From Octopus sinensis (lineage: Eukaryota), in contig NC_043014.1 of NCBI RefSeq assembly GCF_006345805.1, forward strand, positions 36,146,001 to 36,210,000: 64,000 bases of DNA, read 5' to 3'. Positions 1 to 63,772 of the stretch are shown one piece after another. Every line of letters begins with the position of its first letter. Position 1 is the first letter of the stretch. The position numbers and the translations under genes are program-made. The notes beneath the pieces were generated by a model. It saw nothing but the letters and a program-made list of their open reading frames with translations. It searched no databases and had not been told where the DNA came from.

Positions 1-349
1 TTGCTCTTCATCGAACTCAACTAGACTGCCAGAATGAGGTGCATCTTTGAGATAAAAATTTCCATTTTTGAACTTGGCATACCAATCACGAGTGGTTCTT
101 TCAGCTATGGCTCCCTCTCCATACACAGCACAAATGTCACGAGCAGCTTTTGCAGCCTTAGAACCTTGGTTAAAAGCAAATAAAAAAAAATGATCTGAAA
201 ATAAACAAAAGCTAACTAAAATTAACTAGAAAAAAGGAAAATAGATTCCAAAATGATTCAAAAGTAGAATTCTTGAAAAAAATAGATTCCAAAATTTAAA
301 AACACAATAAATCCAAAATTTAAAAAAGTGGCGGGAACTTAGTTGCCAA
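1..349 (-). mobile_element. mariner transposon 5' remnant
   Basis: Minus strand of 1-180 reads FAFNQGSKAAKAARDICAVYGEGAIAERTTRDWYAKFKNGNF.LKDAP.SG (mariner N-terminal HTH); TIR-like aaagtggcgggaacttagttgccaa near 325-349. Confidence 0.8.
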
Positions 350-622
350 TAGTACAGTAGTGAAGTGTATCTCCCTATATAAAAACGACTCTACCTCAGT
401 ATTATGTCCATTTACTGTTGGTTGAGCTAAGTCATTGAGAGATAGAACTTAGCAATTGCTAACAAAATGCCAATTACTGGTCTATCCGCAGGTTGACCAA
501 CATCTCATGAAATTTGTTAATAGTTGTACTTCTATGTGTATGCACTGTTACTTTATTGTGTTATATCTGAAGTTGCCTACTCCTTCATTTTATCCTCTTC
601 TTCCAATTCTTTTTCTTTATAG

Positions 623-52924
<52,302 letters not shown>

Positions 52925-53451
52925 AAAATAGGGGAATAATTAAATAAATTAATACACACTAACACATATCGAAGAACAAAAAGATAAAATTAATATTTCA
53001 ATTAATTTATAGCCAGCTAAATTAATAAACAAAAAATGAATCATCAGCCATGAAGAGAAAAAAAAATTGTAATCAATTCTACAAAAAGAACAAAAAACTC
53101 TTTGTTTTCCTCAAAATGATTCAGAGTTCAAATGCATTCCTTGAACATGCATATATGTATACATACATGCATACATTTATGTATGCATGCATATATATAT
53201 ATATATGTATATATATATGCACACACCCATATATATATGCATATATATATATAAATACATACATACATGCACACACACACTCACACACACACAAATATAT
53301 ATATAAATACATACATGCATATATATAAATAAAATTTATACATAAATACATACATGCATATATAAATATATTTATATATAAATATGTACATGCATACTCT
53401 TATATATACATACATACATATACATATATAGAAGTATATTTCTACATGTAT

Positions 53452-53482
<31 letters not shown>

Positions 53483-54567
53483 CATACACACACACACACA
53501 TATATACACGTATATATATATATATATTCATACATATAAGTATATATATTCATACATATAAGTATATATATTCATACATATAAGTACATATATTCATACA
53601 TATATATATATATACATACACATATATATATATGATGATTATTATATAATATATATACACACACATATATGCACATACATACATATATATATACACACAC
53701 ACACATATATGCATAAGCAGAAAAATTTATATTTTTCCAGTTTGAAAAAGTTGAATCTTTTGTTCAACTTTTAATTCACTGTTAACTTTTTATAAAAAGA
53801 AATAAATATTTATAAATTAAACTGAGTTCTTTGTCAGGTGGTGTTTAATTTGGTTTTGATGTATTCTTATATATGTTAAAATGCTATGCATTATGACAGA
53901 ATGAGGTGATTGGTTACAGCTATTTTGATACTGGTGACTCCATATGGTTGACTGGACAGTAAACTTGTTTTTACTAATCTTATTTTTGGCACAGACCAGT
54001 GGCAGCTCATGTATAGGAAATGCAGAAGTGCAGCACCCCCTATTTCTACATGATATTATAAAAAACATACAATATAATGAGTCTATTTTTTTCTTTAATT
54101 TTCTTTTTATACTTGTACATTATATAATCCTTAAGCTTAATGTCAGTAGCCATCCCCTAGTTTATGAAAATAATACAAAAACTGCATTTCACAGTTCCAG
54201 CGATGCAGTGTTTGGCTGTTGTGTGCATGCTCACATGTCTGTGATAGGAAGCTTCATGCTAGGGAGAGAGAGCACTGTCATTCATGTAGTGCCTGTGAAA
54301 TGTAGTGTTTCTTTTTGTCTCTGCATGTGTTGTGCTTGAAAACATGTTTATATTCTTCAATGTGATAAAGTGTAGAATTAGATTATTATCCTGTTTCTAG
54401 CTTCAGTGTTGCTGCCAGGATTTGAAAATAGGGCACCCCCTGCCATTTTGTGATTTAGTGGGGATTTTCAAAACACAAGGGAAAATTTGTAGCAGTTTTC
54501 AGTGAACAAATTAAACACACTATGTGGCAGTGGCTAAAACAGGAACTGAACTGCTCAAGTATATGTA

Positions 54568-54936
54568 TAAATTATGACCCAAGTATCGATCTATTGCAAT
54601 TCAGTCTATTTTAGATTTAGGGTTAGTTAGGGTTAGGGGTGGGGGAAGGGTATCTTTTTTTCTTCACAAATGTAAATAAACCCAATCTGTTTCTTAAAGG
54701 AGGGACATATTCATACGGCACAGAATGCTTTCACCTCAATAGACGGTCATTGATTGGTTAATATTGCCGAAATGCAAGAAATTAAAGATAAAATATCTTA
54801 CAAACCATAGAATTTTCTCAAGATGGCCAAGAGAAAATGATGTTTTATAAACACCTTCTACCAGTATACGAAGTTTAAAAGTGTTTAGTTACGTGGAAAT
54901 TATTTTAAAACACTGCCGTTCAAACTGAAAAGATCC
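54568..54936 (+). mobile_element. Merlin-like MITE, copy 1 (left end missing)
   Basis: Homologous to 55364-55797; right TIR CTGCCGTTCAAACTGAAAAGATCC. Confidence 0.8.
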
Positions 54937-55086
54937 GGTCACGGTCTCAAAGCGACGAAAATATTTTGACAAATTAAATTTAAATCAAAATGTTTATTGG
55001 TAAAGAAGCAGAGACATCAATAAATGCAATTTGGGAAAATAAAAATAAAATTGCAGAAACTGATAATTTTAATAAACCTGTAAAAG

Positions 55087-55136
<50 letters not shown>

Positions 55137-55363
55137 ATACACACACTCGTACCAACATACATAAAATACTCTCCACCATTGTGATTTCCCGGATTTTCGG
55201 AAGGATACTGGCGTTTATTTTATACCCTTAATTCAACTAGCCTCTTTGATTGCTGTACACCAGGCGGAAAGCTTACAGAGGGTTCTGTTTTGATTCTTTA
55301 AATCCCTGTTGTTTGTTTATATATAATTCAGTTAGGTAGAACCAAACAAGCTAAAGGTATCAG

Positions 55364-55797
55364 GGATCTTTTCGGTTTGAACGGCAGTTTTTTCTATGTC
55401 ATATGAAATTGAAATTGTCACCCATAATTATGACCCTAGTATCGATCTCTTGCATTTCAATCTGTTTTGGGGTTAGGGTTAGTTAGGGTTAGGGGTGGGG
55501 GGAAGGGTATCTTTTTTTTCTTCACAAATGTAAATAAACCCAATCTGTTTCTTAAATGAAGGACATATTCATACGGCACAGAATGTTTTTTTTTACCTCA
55601 ATAGACGTCAGTGATTGGTTGAAATTGCAGAAATTGAAGAAAAAAAAAACCCAAATATCTTACAAACTATAGAATTTTCTCAATAAAGCCAAGAGAAAAA
55701 GATATTTTATAAACACATTCTACCAGTAGACGAAGTTTAAAATTCTTTAGTTACCTAGAAGTTATGTTGAAAACTGCCGTTCAAACCGAAAAGATCC
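55364..55797 (+). mobile_element. Merlin-like MITE, copy 2
   Basis: 28-bp TIR GGATCTTTTCGGTTTGAACGGCAGTTTT; 8-bp flanks GGTATCAG and GGTATCAA. Confidence 0.85.
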
Positions 55798-56237
55798 GGT
55801 ATCAATTTCTAATAATATGTTGACATCTAGCTATTTGACAACAATAAGCAATTTAGCGGAGAGAACATTTATCTTCCGTTTGACTCGATACAAATCTTAT
55901 AATAATTCTTACTGCCATGTTAATAGTAAGAAACAAGGGAGATCACTCTCACGCTACCTGATTAAAGTAATAATTGAGAAGTATGAATCGCGCCTCTCTA
56001 GTTTTTTTCTCTGAGATCTTCCTTCATATCGTGTGAAATTGTTTTCTGTGATACATTTCATAACTATTTCGCAGGAATAGAATTTTATTTTTTAAATTAC
56101 GTGCCTATTCTGGTTCAGGCTTTCTACTTTAATTTTAATTGCGTGGTTTCGGCGTTTTGCTATACACTACTAATTTAATAGCTGAGACATATATCAAAAG
56201 GTTTATGGTTTCGTAGGTTAATTTCACAACTCAAAAC

Positions 56238-56961
56238 TAGTGTTTCCCAACCTATTTTCCCACTAGGGCCCACTATAACTTTCCAGAAAAATATATGCCC
56301 CATCAGCCGTTGGAAGCAAAGCAAATTTATTTTTACAATTTTATCAATTGTTTAATACAAAAGAATCGGATCTTTTCGGTTTGAACAGCAGTTTTTAATA
56401 TAATTTCTAGGTAAGTAAAAAAATTTAAACTTCGTATACTGGTAGAATGTGTTTATAAAACATCTTTTTCTCTTGGCTTTATTGAGAAAATTCTATAGTT
56501 TGTAAGATATTTGTAAGATTTTTTCTTCAATTTCTGCAATTTCAACCAATCAATGACGTCTATTGAGTTAAAAAGCATTCTGTGCCGTATGAATATGTCC
56601 CTCGTTTAAGAAACAGATTGGGTTTATTTACATTTGTGAAGAAAAAAAGATACCCTTCCCCCACCCCTAACCCTAACTAACCCTAAATCTAAAATAGATT
56701 GAATTGCAATAGATCGATTATAGGGTCATAATTATGGGTGACAATTTCATATGACACCGCTAGAAAAAAACTGCCGTTCAAACTGAAAAGATCCAAAGAA
56801 TCTACCGGTAATTTGTTTTTTATTAAGTACTGAGTACGGAAAATAAATGACATTATTGACTAAGAAAAGAAACCTTTTGCCTGGCGGCTACGGCATTACA
56901 CCCTTCCTCAATTTTCCCAGGCCCCACCGGTGGTGTGTATCCCCCACGTTGGGAATCACTG
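56238..56961. mobile_element. probable hAT-type MITE hosting Merlin-like copy 3
   Basis: Ends TAGTGTTTCCCAAC and GTTGGGAATCACTG are hAT-like TIRs; 8-bp TSD only 4/8 matched. Confidence 0.5.
56368..56794 (-). mobile_element. Merlin-like MITE, copy 3 (inverted)
   Basis: GGATC...GATCC TIRs; perfect 8-bp TSD AAAGAATC at 56360-56367 and 56795-56802. Confidence 0.9.
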
Positions 56962-57239
56962 CCTTAGACTGAGTGGTCTTCGGATATTTGCTTGCTATTT
57001 CGTTTATTGCCACTATTTCGAATTGTCAAATTAATGTCTTTTTTTTTATATATTTTAGTTTCAAATTTTAACATATACGAATTTTATTTCATATATGACG
57101 CGTATGTATATGATACATGCATAGTACAAAAGAAACGATAAAGGAAAAAAAGCCGATAAAGGAAGAAAGAAATGAAAGAAAGAAACATCAATGTAGCACA
57201 AAAATGCTTCAATTGGTCGCACACCACAAGATTCAACGG

Positions 57240-58060
57240 AACCTTCTGAAGCAAGCCAGCACGTTCGCGATATTACCACGTGCTATGGCATTGGAGAAGC
57301 CAAACATCCACTTGGTCATCACCTGACACCTCGGTGAGGCGAGCAGCCAACGACGACAACAACTTCGTCGTTTGTGGCCCAGCCCCTCCAAACGTCTCAA
57401 GCGCCACAGGTTCACTGCCAGGTCCCCATACTTCAGGGTTTTGTTCCGTTCGGCTACGGAAGCAGTGACCTTCCCATTTACCGCAGCATCCATGATGTGG
57501 GAGGGAACAAAAAAGTCACAGACCGTGGCGTCCCAGATGAGGCACCTATCTCTTACCCAGAGGGTGAGACCATCTTGTCTCTTCCAATCACTCTAGAATC
57601 GAGGGCCCGCTTTAAGGTTATGACGAGCGAAGCGACCACAGTTTAGGCAGCAAGACAAACCGTGAAGACTTAGGGATCGAGGAGCCTACCACAGCGATAT
57701 CTCAGTCCCTTACAAAGTCAACTGCCACTCTGAGTGCGATGGCGATGCGAGCTCAATAAGACTGAGTAGACCTCCAATGTTGGCTGCAAGCAAGGCCTCA
57801 TTCCAGTTCACCAAGAATTTTACACTATCAGAAAGTAGGCCACACCTTGAAAATTGATCAGATTGATCGGGAAGAGAGTTGAAAGAGGTACCTGAACGCA
57901 TATTGTCCCATACTTTCTGCTTCCGTCTATCTTCAACTGTTACAGGAACGGACAAATCCAGCTCTCTCAACCGTTGCAGAGCTTCATCCATCTCCCTGTT
58001 GGAATTAGTCCATAATAGAGGGAAGATGTTTCCTACTGAAGGGGAGCAAGTATGGGTGGA
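57240..58060 (-). mobile_element. CRE-clade (restriction-like endonuclease) non-LTR retrotransposon 3' fragment, degenerate
   Basis: Minus strand across frameshifts and a stop: RCGRLLD.../LHGLSC...GRFARH, WKRQDGLTLW...CLIWDATVCD...AERNKTLKYGDL, EPVALETFGG, IARGN..NVL. Confidence 0.8.
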
Positions 58061-58498
58061 AGAAAGAAAACCGACGGTATCAGGGCGTGTATAAGTCTTG
58101 AAAAAATTACAAAAATCGATTCCAGGTGAGAATGCGATCGATAAAGCCGTGGGAATGTGCATTTGTACGCGCAAGTACATCAGCTGTTGCGATCGATACT
58201 ACGCGTACACGAGAAAAATGCACGTGCAGTTTGCGCAAAAAAAGCCGACTGGCTTGAAATAATGCCACAAAATGCAGTATATTTAAGAGACCAAAAAAGT
58301 AAGATGCAAAAGAGATATTTTCTTCAAACTTGGCATGAAGGTAGGAAAGACTATTTGGTTTCTCAAGAAGTTTTTTTTGCCTTAACTTCGTTTAACAAAG
58401 CCAAAAATTTTATTGAAATAAAGGCATGCTTAATTATTTTTTAATGTAAAGAAAACACTGATTGCTTTTTATTCAGCGGATATGATTCAGCACCGTCT

Positions 58499-58517
58499 AT
58501 TGGACGGGGCGGGGGCG
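58499..58517. promoter_or_regulatory. inverted CCAAT box next to a GC box
   Basis: ATTGGACGGGGCGGGGGCG in AT-rich DNA about 1.2 kb upstream of the MORN2 ATG; function unproven. Confidence 0.3.
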
Positions 58518-58866
58518 TTTTGCTCGTGTGTATATATATATATATATATATGTACTCGACTGCTGGCATTTAGCAATTGTTTGTCTCATTGGTTCTACCA
58601 TTAGTAAAACTGTCGGCGTCTTTAACGGCATAGGTATGCTAGGATTTATTGCATTATTTTTTGTTTCTTTTCCTACTTTTGCTTGTTTCAGTCATTAGAC
58701 TGCGACCATGCTGGGGCACCGCCTTGAAGAAGTTTAGTCGAACGAATAGACCCCCAGTACTTTTAAAAATTCTATCAATCTATTTTACCGAACTGCTTCG
58801 TTACTGGGACGTAAAGATACCATCACCGGTTGTTAAGGGGTGGTGGGAGACAAACACAAATATGAA

Positions 58867-58967
<101 letters not shown>

Positions 58968-59731
58968 GCGCGCGCGCATGTGCGAGCTTCTTTCTGTTTC
59001 CGTCTACCAAATCTACTCACAAAGATTTGGTCAGCTCCAGATTATTGGAGAAGACATTTGCCAAAGTGGGACTGAACCTAGAACCATGTGTTTGGGAAAC
59101 AAGCTTCTTACTACATCTATGTACAATCATGCCTCTATGCACAATCATACCTGCCATTTTATTATATCAGATTAGGCTATGTCATATTTTTGTTTTGATC
59201 GAATCGGGATCAGATGTTCCCCCACCATTTTGTTTTGACAGTCAAACCTAAACGCAAATATACATACATACATACATGCATTTGCATACATACATATATA
59301 CATACATACATATGCATACATACATACATATGCATACGTACATACACATATACTCACATGTATACTTATACGCCTATACACACACACATATTTATATGTG
59401 TATAAGTACATATACATACATACGCACACACATATATACATACATATATAAATACCTACACATATAAGTGAAGCATGCCACGTCATCAATCAAATTATTT
59501 CGTTTTACGACGAATGACACACAAGTGAAAAAGGGTCTCAAAACACAATGATTAAAGACAACCAAAACGGCAATTTTTTTTTTTACGTTTAAAGCTTCAC
59601 GTATCGTAGTGAACTATAAAATAACAATCTACACATCGTTTTAGACAGTTTTGAAAGGGTTCACCCTTTTTTTTTTTAATAATTACGAAAATGATGTTTT
59701 CATAGAAGTAGTTTTTAATGACAACATAACA

Positions 59732-60196
59732 ATGACTGCTAAAGGTAAAAAACTTTCTTTGAAACAAAAGGAAAAAACTAATGAACCAATCGAGAAACAG
59801 GTGATTCATGAAAATGCATATATTTTTCCTAATGGAGATAGATATGAAGGCCAATACGCGTATGGCCCAGATGGAAATGTACAGAGATGTGGCTTTGGAA
59901 AACATATTTCAGCTGATGGTACAGTTTATGAGGGCATGTGGAAAGATGATGCAATGAATGGTACCGGACTACTTACACATTCTTCAGGAGATGTCTATGA
60001 AGGAGAGTTTGTCAATAATCAATTCCATGGAGAAGGGACATATACATGGGCAAATGAGTCCTATGTTAAAGGAAATTTTGTGAGAAATAAAATGGAAGGC
60101 AAAGGAGAATTTTGTGATACGATGAAGCAAATATGGGATGGAGATTTTCACAAACAAACAGCTACAGGTTTACAGTTCAGACTAAACACGAATTAG
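59732..60196 (+). CDS. MORN2: MORN repeat-containing protein 2, single coding exon, 154 aa
   Basis: First in-frame ATG at 59732. MORN repeats YxGxWxxGxxxGxG. The C-terminal half MNGTGLLTHSSGDVYEGEFVNNQFHGEGTYT...WDGDFHKQTATGLQFRL aligns with recalled vertebrate MORN2 (MNGFGRLEHFSGAVYEG...FHFTAAPDLKLKL). AATAAA at 60210-60215 and 60430-60435. Confidence 0.88.
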   Translation: MTAKGKKLSLKQKEKTNEPIEKQVIHENAYIFPNGDRYEGQYAYGPDGNVQRCGFGKHISADGTVYEGMWKDDAMNGTGLLTHSSGDVYEGEFVNNQFHGEGTYTWANESYVKGNFVRNKMEGKGEFCDTMKQIWDGDFHKQTATGLQFRLNTN

Positions 60197-60684
60197 GAAA
60201 GTCCAAGCAAATAAATGCTAGAAACGTAAACATTGAGAAACAATTATTTAATAATTCTATGCTTACATTTTAATTGTTAGTTAAGCTATGAAATTTATTG
60301 AGCATTTGAAATTTGTTGAACATGTTTTAGCATTTATGAAACGTTTTCTAGTGCATTTTCTGATTTTCACTTCTCTTTTATTTTTACCATTGAAAAGCAG
60401 AAAGAAAGATTTTGAAGCTGGTATGTTTGAATAAATTTTTTAAAATATGAAAACAGCTTAAAATTCGCTTTAAAACTCAGTTGCCTGTTCAACCCCAACA
60501 CCAATTTTCTGATATTTGTGTGTGTGAGTGTGCGTGTGCGTGCGCGCGCGTTTGTTTGTTTGCGTGTATGTGTGTTTGTATGTATTTATGTATCATGGAG
60601 ATAGCTGGATAGATAGTTATATAAGTGAAATGTGCAAAACCCAGTTAACCAAATAGAACTTGTACACACACACACACACACACA

Positions 60685-60724
<40 letters not shown>

Positions 60725-60933
60725 TATAGGATCTAAAGATCGAGGTGCTGGAAGAACGTTAGCTACAAGCAATCCGTAGTAAATTTTAAAAAAAAAACAA
60801 CTTTTAAGGACAATAGTGGTTTATTGAGACGGAAGGTTGAGGATTGTTTTCGTATCAAAGTACGATAAACTGAAAAAAGTTATTTTTATATTTCACGGTA
60901 GGCGACCAGGGTTACCAGGTATGCAAATAGGAA

Positions 60934-61583
60934 TATAAGAGTTAAGGAATGGAGTACATAAGATCCGGGCTACATGTGTTGCATGCGAGCAGAACCTCGG
61001 AAGAGGTAAATATCCAAGCGAGTTTTATTGTAGGCTACTCTTCAGCCCAAGGATATCTTTGCCCGCAGAGTAGCCTGCGCTTTACGCCTCGCTTGGATAT
61101 TTATCAGTTTCGAGGTTACGCTCGTTATCTAACATATAATAATAATAATAATGAAATTATTGTATACAGTGCTCAAGTGCACCACAACTTGTCAGAAAGT
61201 GCATATAAAGTACATGCAGTAATGTAGAAATGTCTGGAAAGTGAACAGTGTATGAGTCAGATACATGCTTGTGTGTGTATGGAGGGGAGAAAATCAAGTG
61301 TAGTGTTGGCGAATCTCAGGAAGCATGGAAGTTTTGAAGGATGCAGTGCTCCGACAACTAACAACCGATGCCGGCAGTTTGTTCCATGCTCCAGCAACTC
61401 TCAGCGTGAAAAAATGTTTCCTGAAGTCATGGGAGCTGTGCTGTTTTCTTGATTTGTAAATATGTCCACGGGTGTTAGATGGGTGGAGTTTGAAGAGGTG
61501 CTCAGAGTTATTGTTTGTGCGATGGTTGATAATTTTATGGGTAGCCCGGATCTTAAATAATACTCTATTACATAACTCATATA
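60934..61583. mobile_element. foldback MITE interrupted by a CR1-b fragment (61138-61542)
   Basis: TAAGATCCGGGCTAC (60959-60973) is the exact reverse complement of 61541-61555; outer ~25 bp also inverted; inner arms 60986-61022 and 61088-61124. Confidence 0.7.
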
Positions 61584-61757
61584 TATATACATAATGATAT
61601 ATGATATGTACCGATATAGTAATAATAATAATAGTAATAATAACAATAATAGTAATAATAATAGTAATAATAATAATGATAATAATAATAATAGTAATAA
61701 TAATAATAATAATAATAGTAATAATAATAATGATAATAATAATAATAGTAATAATAA

Positions 61758-63028
61758 ATGCCCTGATGCAGTACCAGGCAGTGGCTCTCATGGCTTCTGA
61801 TCTTAACTGATTGGAAGTGTTATCATGTACATTGTTTTGTCTTGGTATAAAAGGATGGCTGCTACAGCAAATATTCTGCTCAATACCCAGATTTGCTGTC
61901 AGTTGTTTGACCTTACCAGTTGAACATGTCCCTTAGTGGCTGATGATATGTGCATCTCTGATCACAAGCAGAAGTAGTGGGGGAGCATCATAGCCATGTG
62001 TTGAGAGGTATTCTTTGGGGTTTGAATAATTCACCTCTGGAAACATGGGTGGTTCTTTCAACATCCTTAAACAACCCTTACTCAGGGACCATGTCGCGCA
62101 CATATGGTTTGGATGCATGTGCCTAGTGTACCCTTATCAGACGGGTAGTCATGATGGGTATATGGGGCTTCGTATAATTTACCCCAGTGGTCACTTTGAT
62201 GCATGAATGCTCTCTCACCAATAGTAATAATAATACTAATATAATAATAATAGTAATAATATCCAGACAGTGGCTCTCATGGCTTCTGATCTTAACTGAT
62301 TGGAAGTGTTATCATGTACATTGTTTCGTCTTGGTATAAAAGATGGGCTACAGCAAATATTCTGCTCAATACCACAGATTTGCTTGTCAGTTGTTTGACC
62401 TTAACCAGTTGACCATGTCCCTTAGTGGCTGACGATATGTGCATCTCTGATCGCCAGCAGAGGTAGTGGGGGAGCATCATAGCCGTTTGTTGAAAGGAAT
62501 TCTTAGAGGTTGGGATAATTCACCTTTGGAGACATGGGTGTTTCGTTCAGCATCCTTAAACAATCCTTATTCAGGGGACCTTTAGCTGAATGGGCTACTC
62601 AACCAGAAGAAAATTCTACTGGCCCTTGACCTTAACCAGTTGACCATGTCCTTAGTGGCTGACGATATGTGCATCTCTGATCGTCAGCAGAGGTTGTGGG
62701 GAGCATCATAGCCGTTTGTTGAAAGGAATTCTAGAGGTTGGATAATTCACCTTTGGAGACATGGGTGTTTCGTTCGCATCCTTAAACAATCCTTATTCAG
62801 GGGACCTTTTAGCTGAATGGGCTACTCAACCAGAAGAAAATTCTAACTGGGCCCCACCTGCAAGGTCATATGCTGCTTATCTTGATATGAGATCACCATG
62901 TTGTCCACATATGGTTGTGATGCATGTGCCTAGTGTACCCTTATCAGACGGGTAGTCATGATGGGTATACTGGGCTTCGTATATTTTAACCAGTGTCATT
63001 TTGATGGCATGCACTGCTCTCTCAACCA
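61758..63028. mobile_element. two copies of an (AAT)n-flanked interspersed element (61758-62220, 62263-63028); partial copy about 47890-48045
   Basis: Shared body GGCAGTGGCTCTCATGGC...GCTCTCTCA; (AAT)n at 61621-61757, 62221-62262 and 63029-63063; 231-bp internal duplication in copy 2. Confidence 0.8.
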
Positions 63029-63030
63029 AC

Positions 63031-63063
<33 letters not shown>

Positions 63064-63772
63064 CTTTGGAAGGAGTTATAAATATTAACTCTTTAGCCTA
63101 CCATCTTGTAGTTTCTCTCTTAGTTAATCATATCTTTCAGCCTACTCTTAAAGCAAAACCATTATATCTACACTTGGATAATGAAAATAAAACTTTTACT
63201 GTTTCTAATGGAAATCTATTTATAACCTTTTCTGAACTATATCATTAATTTTAAATATAGCTTCTACCCTTTTCAGATGAAGATTTGTATACATATCGTA
63301 GGAAAAATCATACAAATGCACGAGTCGAACTACTACTATAATCTTTTGCAGCTTTCTTAATAATTCGCACACTAGACTCATTACTCCAAAACGAGCTGCT
63401 GCCCGAATCGTATAATTCCTTTGCAATAACTCATAAAGGACGACCTTTTTTGTTTGTCTCATTGGTTCTACCATTAGTAAAACGACAGTTTTACTAATGG
63501 TAATATGGACAGTTGTTTATTGGTATACTTTCTGGCACTCACAATAAATCTATTCTTATATGGGACGTTATAAAAGTTTTTAATCTGTCCCACCTCCACC
63601 TCGCAAAAAATTACTTTGGAATAACTTTGTCCTTCTCTTCTACGCTGATGAAATGACTCACATCAGGCATTAACTTCCTTATCAAATCATTCATACTGCC
63701 AGATAATACCATTGATTGGTGTTCTTTTACAAATAATTACAAAATTCGCTTCAGCCTATTCCGTTGGTACTA

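Noticed and set aside
53944-54339. 131-aa ORF downstream of the ABCC stop
   Set aside because: No recognisable domain; composition typical of AT-rich non-coding DNA
54610-54650. Interstitial telomere or chromosome fusion scar
   Set aside because: The TTAGGG units are an internal part of a TIR- and TSD-bounded MITE present three times
59601-59614. RFX X-box (GTATCGTAGTGAAC) upstream of a ciliary-type gene
   Set aside because: Several mismatches to the X-box consensus; expected by chance
59651-59731. N-terminal extension of MORN2 from the TTG start in the ORF track
   Set aside because: No upstream in-frame ATG; the extension is low-complexity T/A-rich sequence with no similarity to MORN2
63220-63474. 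Minus-strand 84-aa ORF as a mariner N-terminus
   Set aside because: Only a faint VLYE...AA resemblance; no TIR or further transposase motifs
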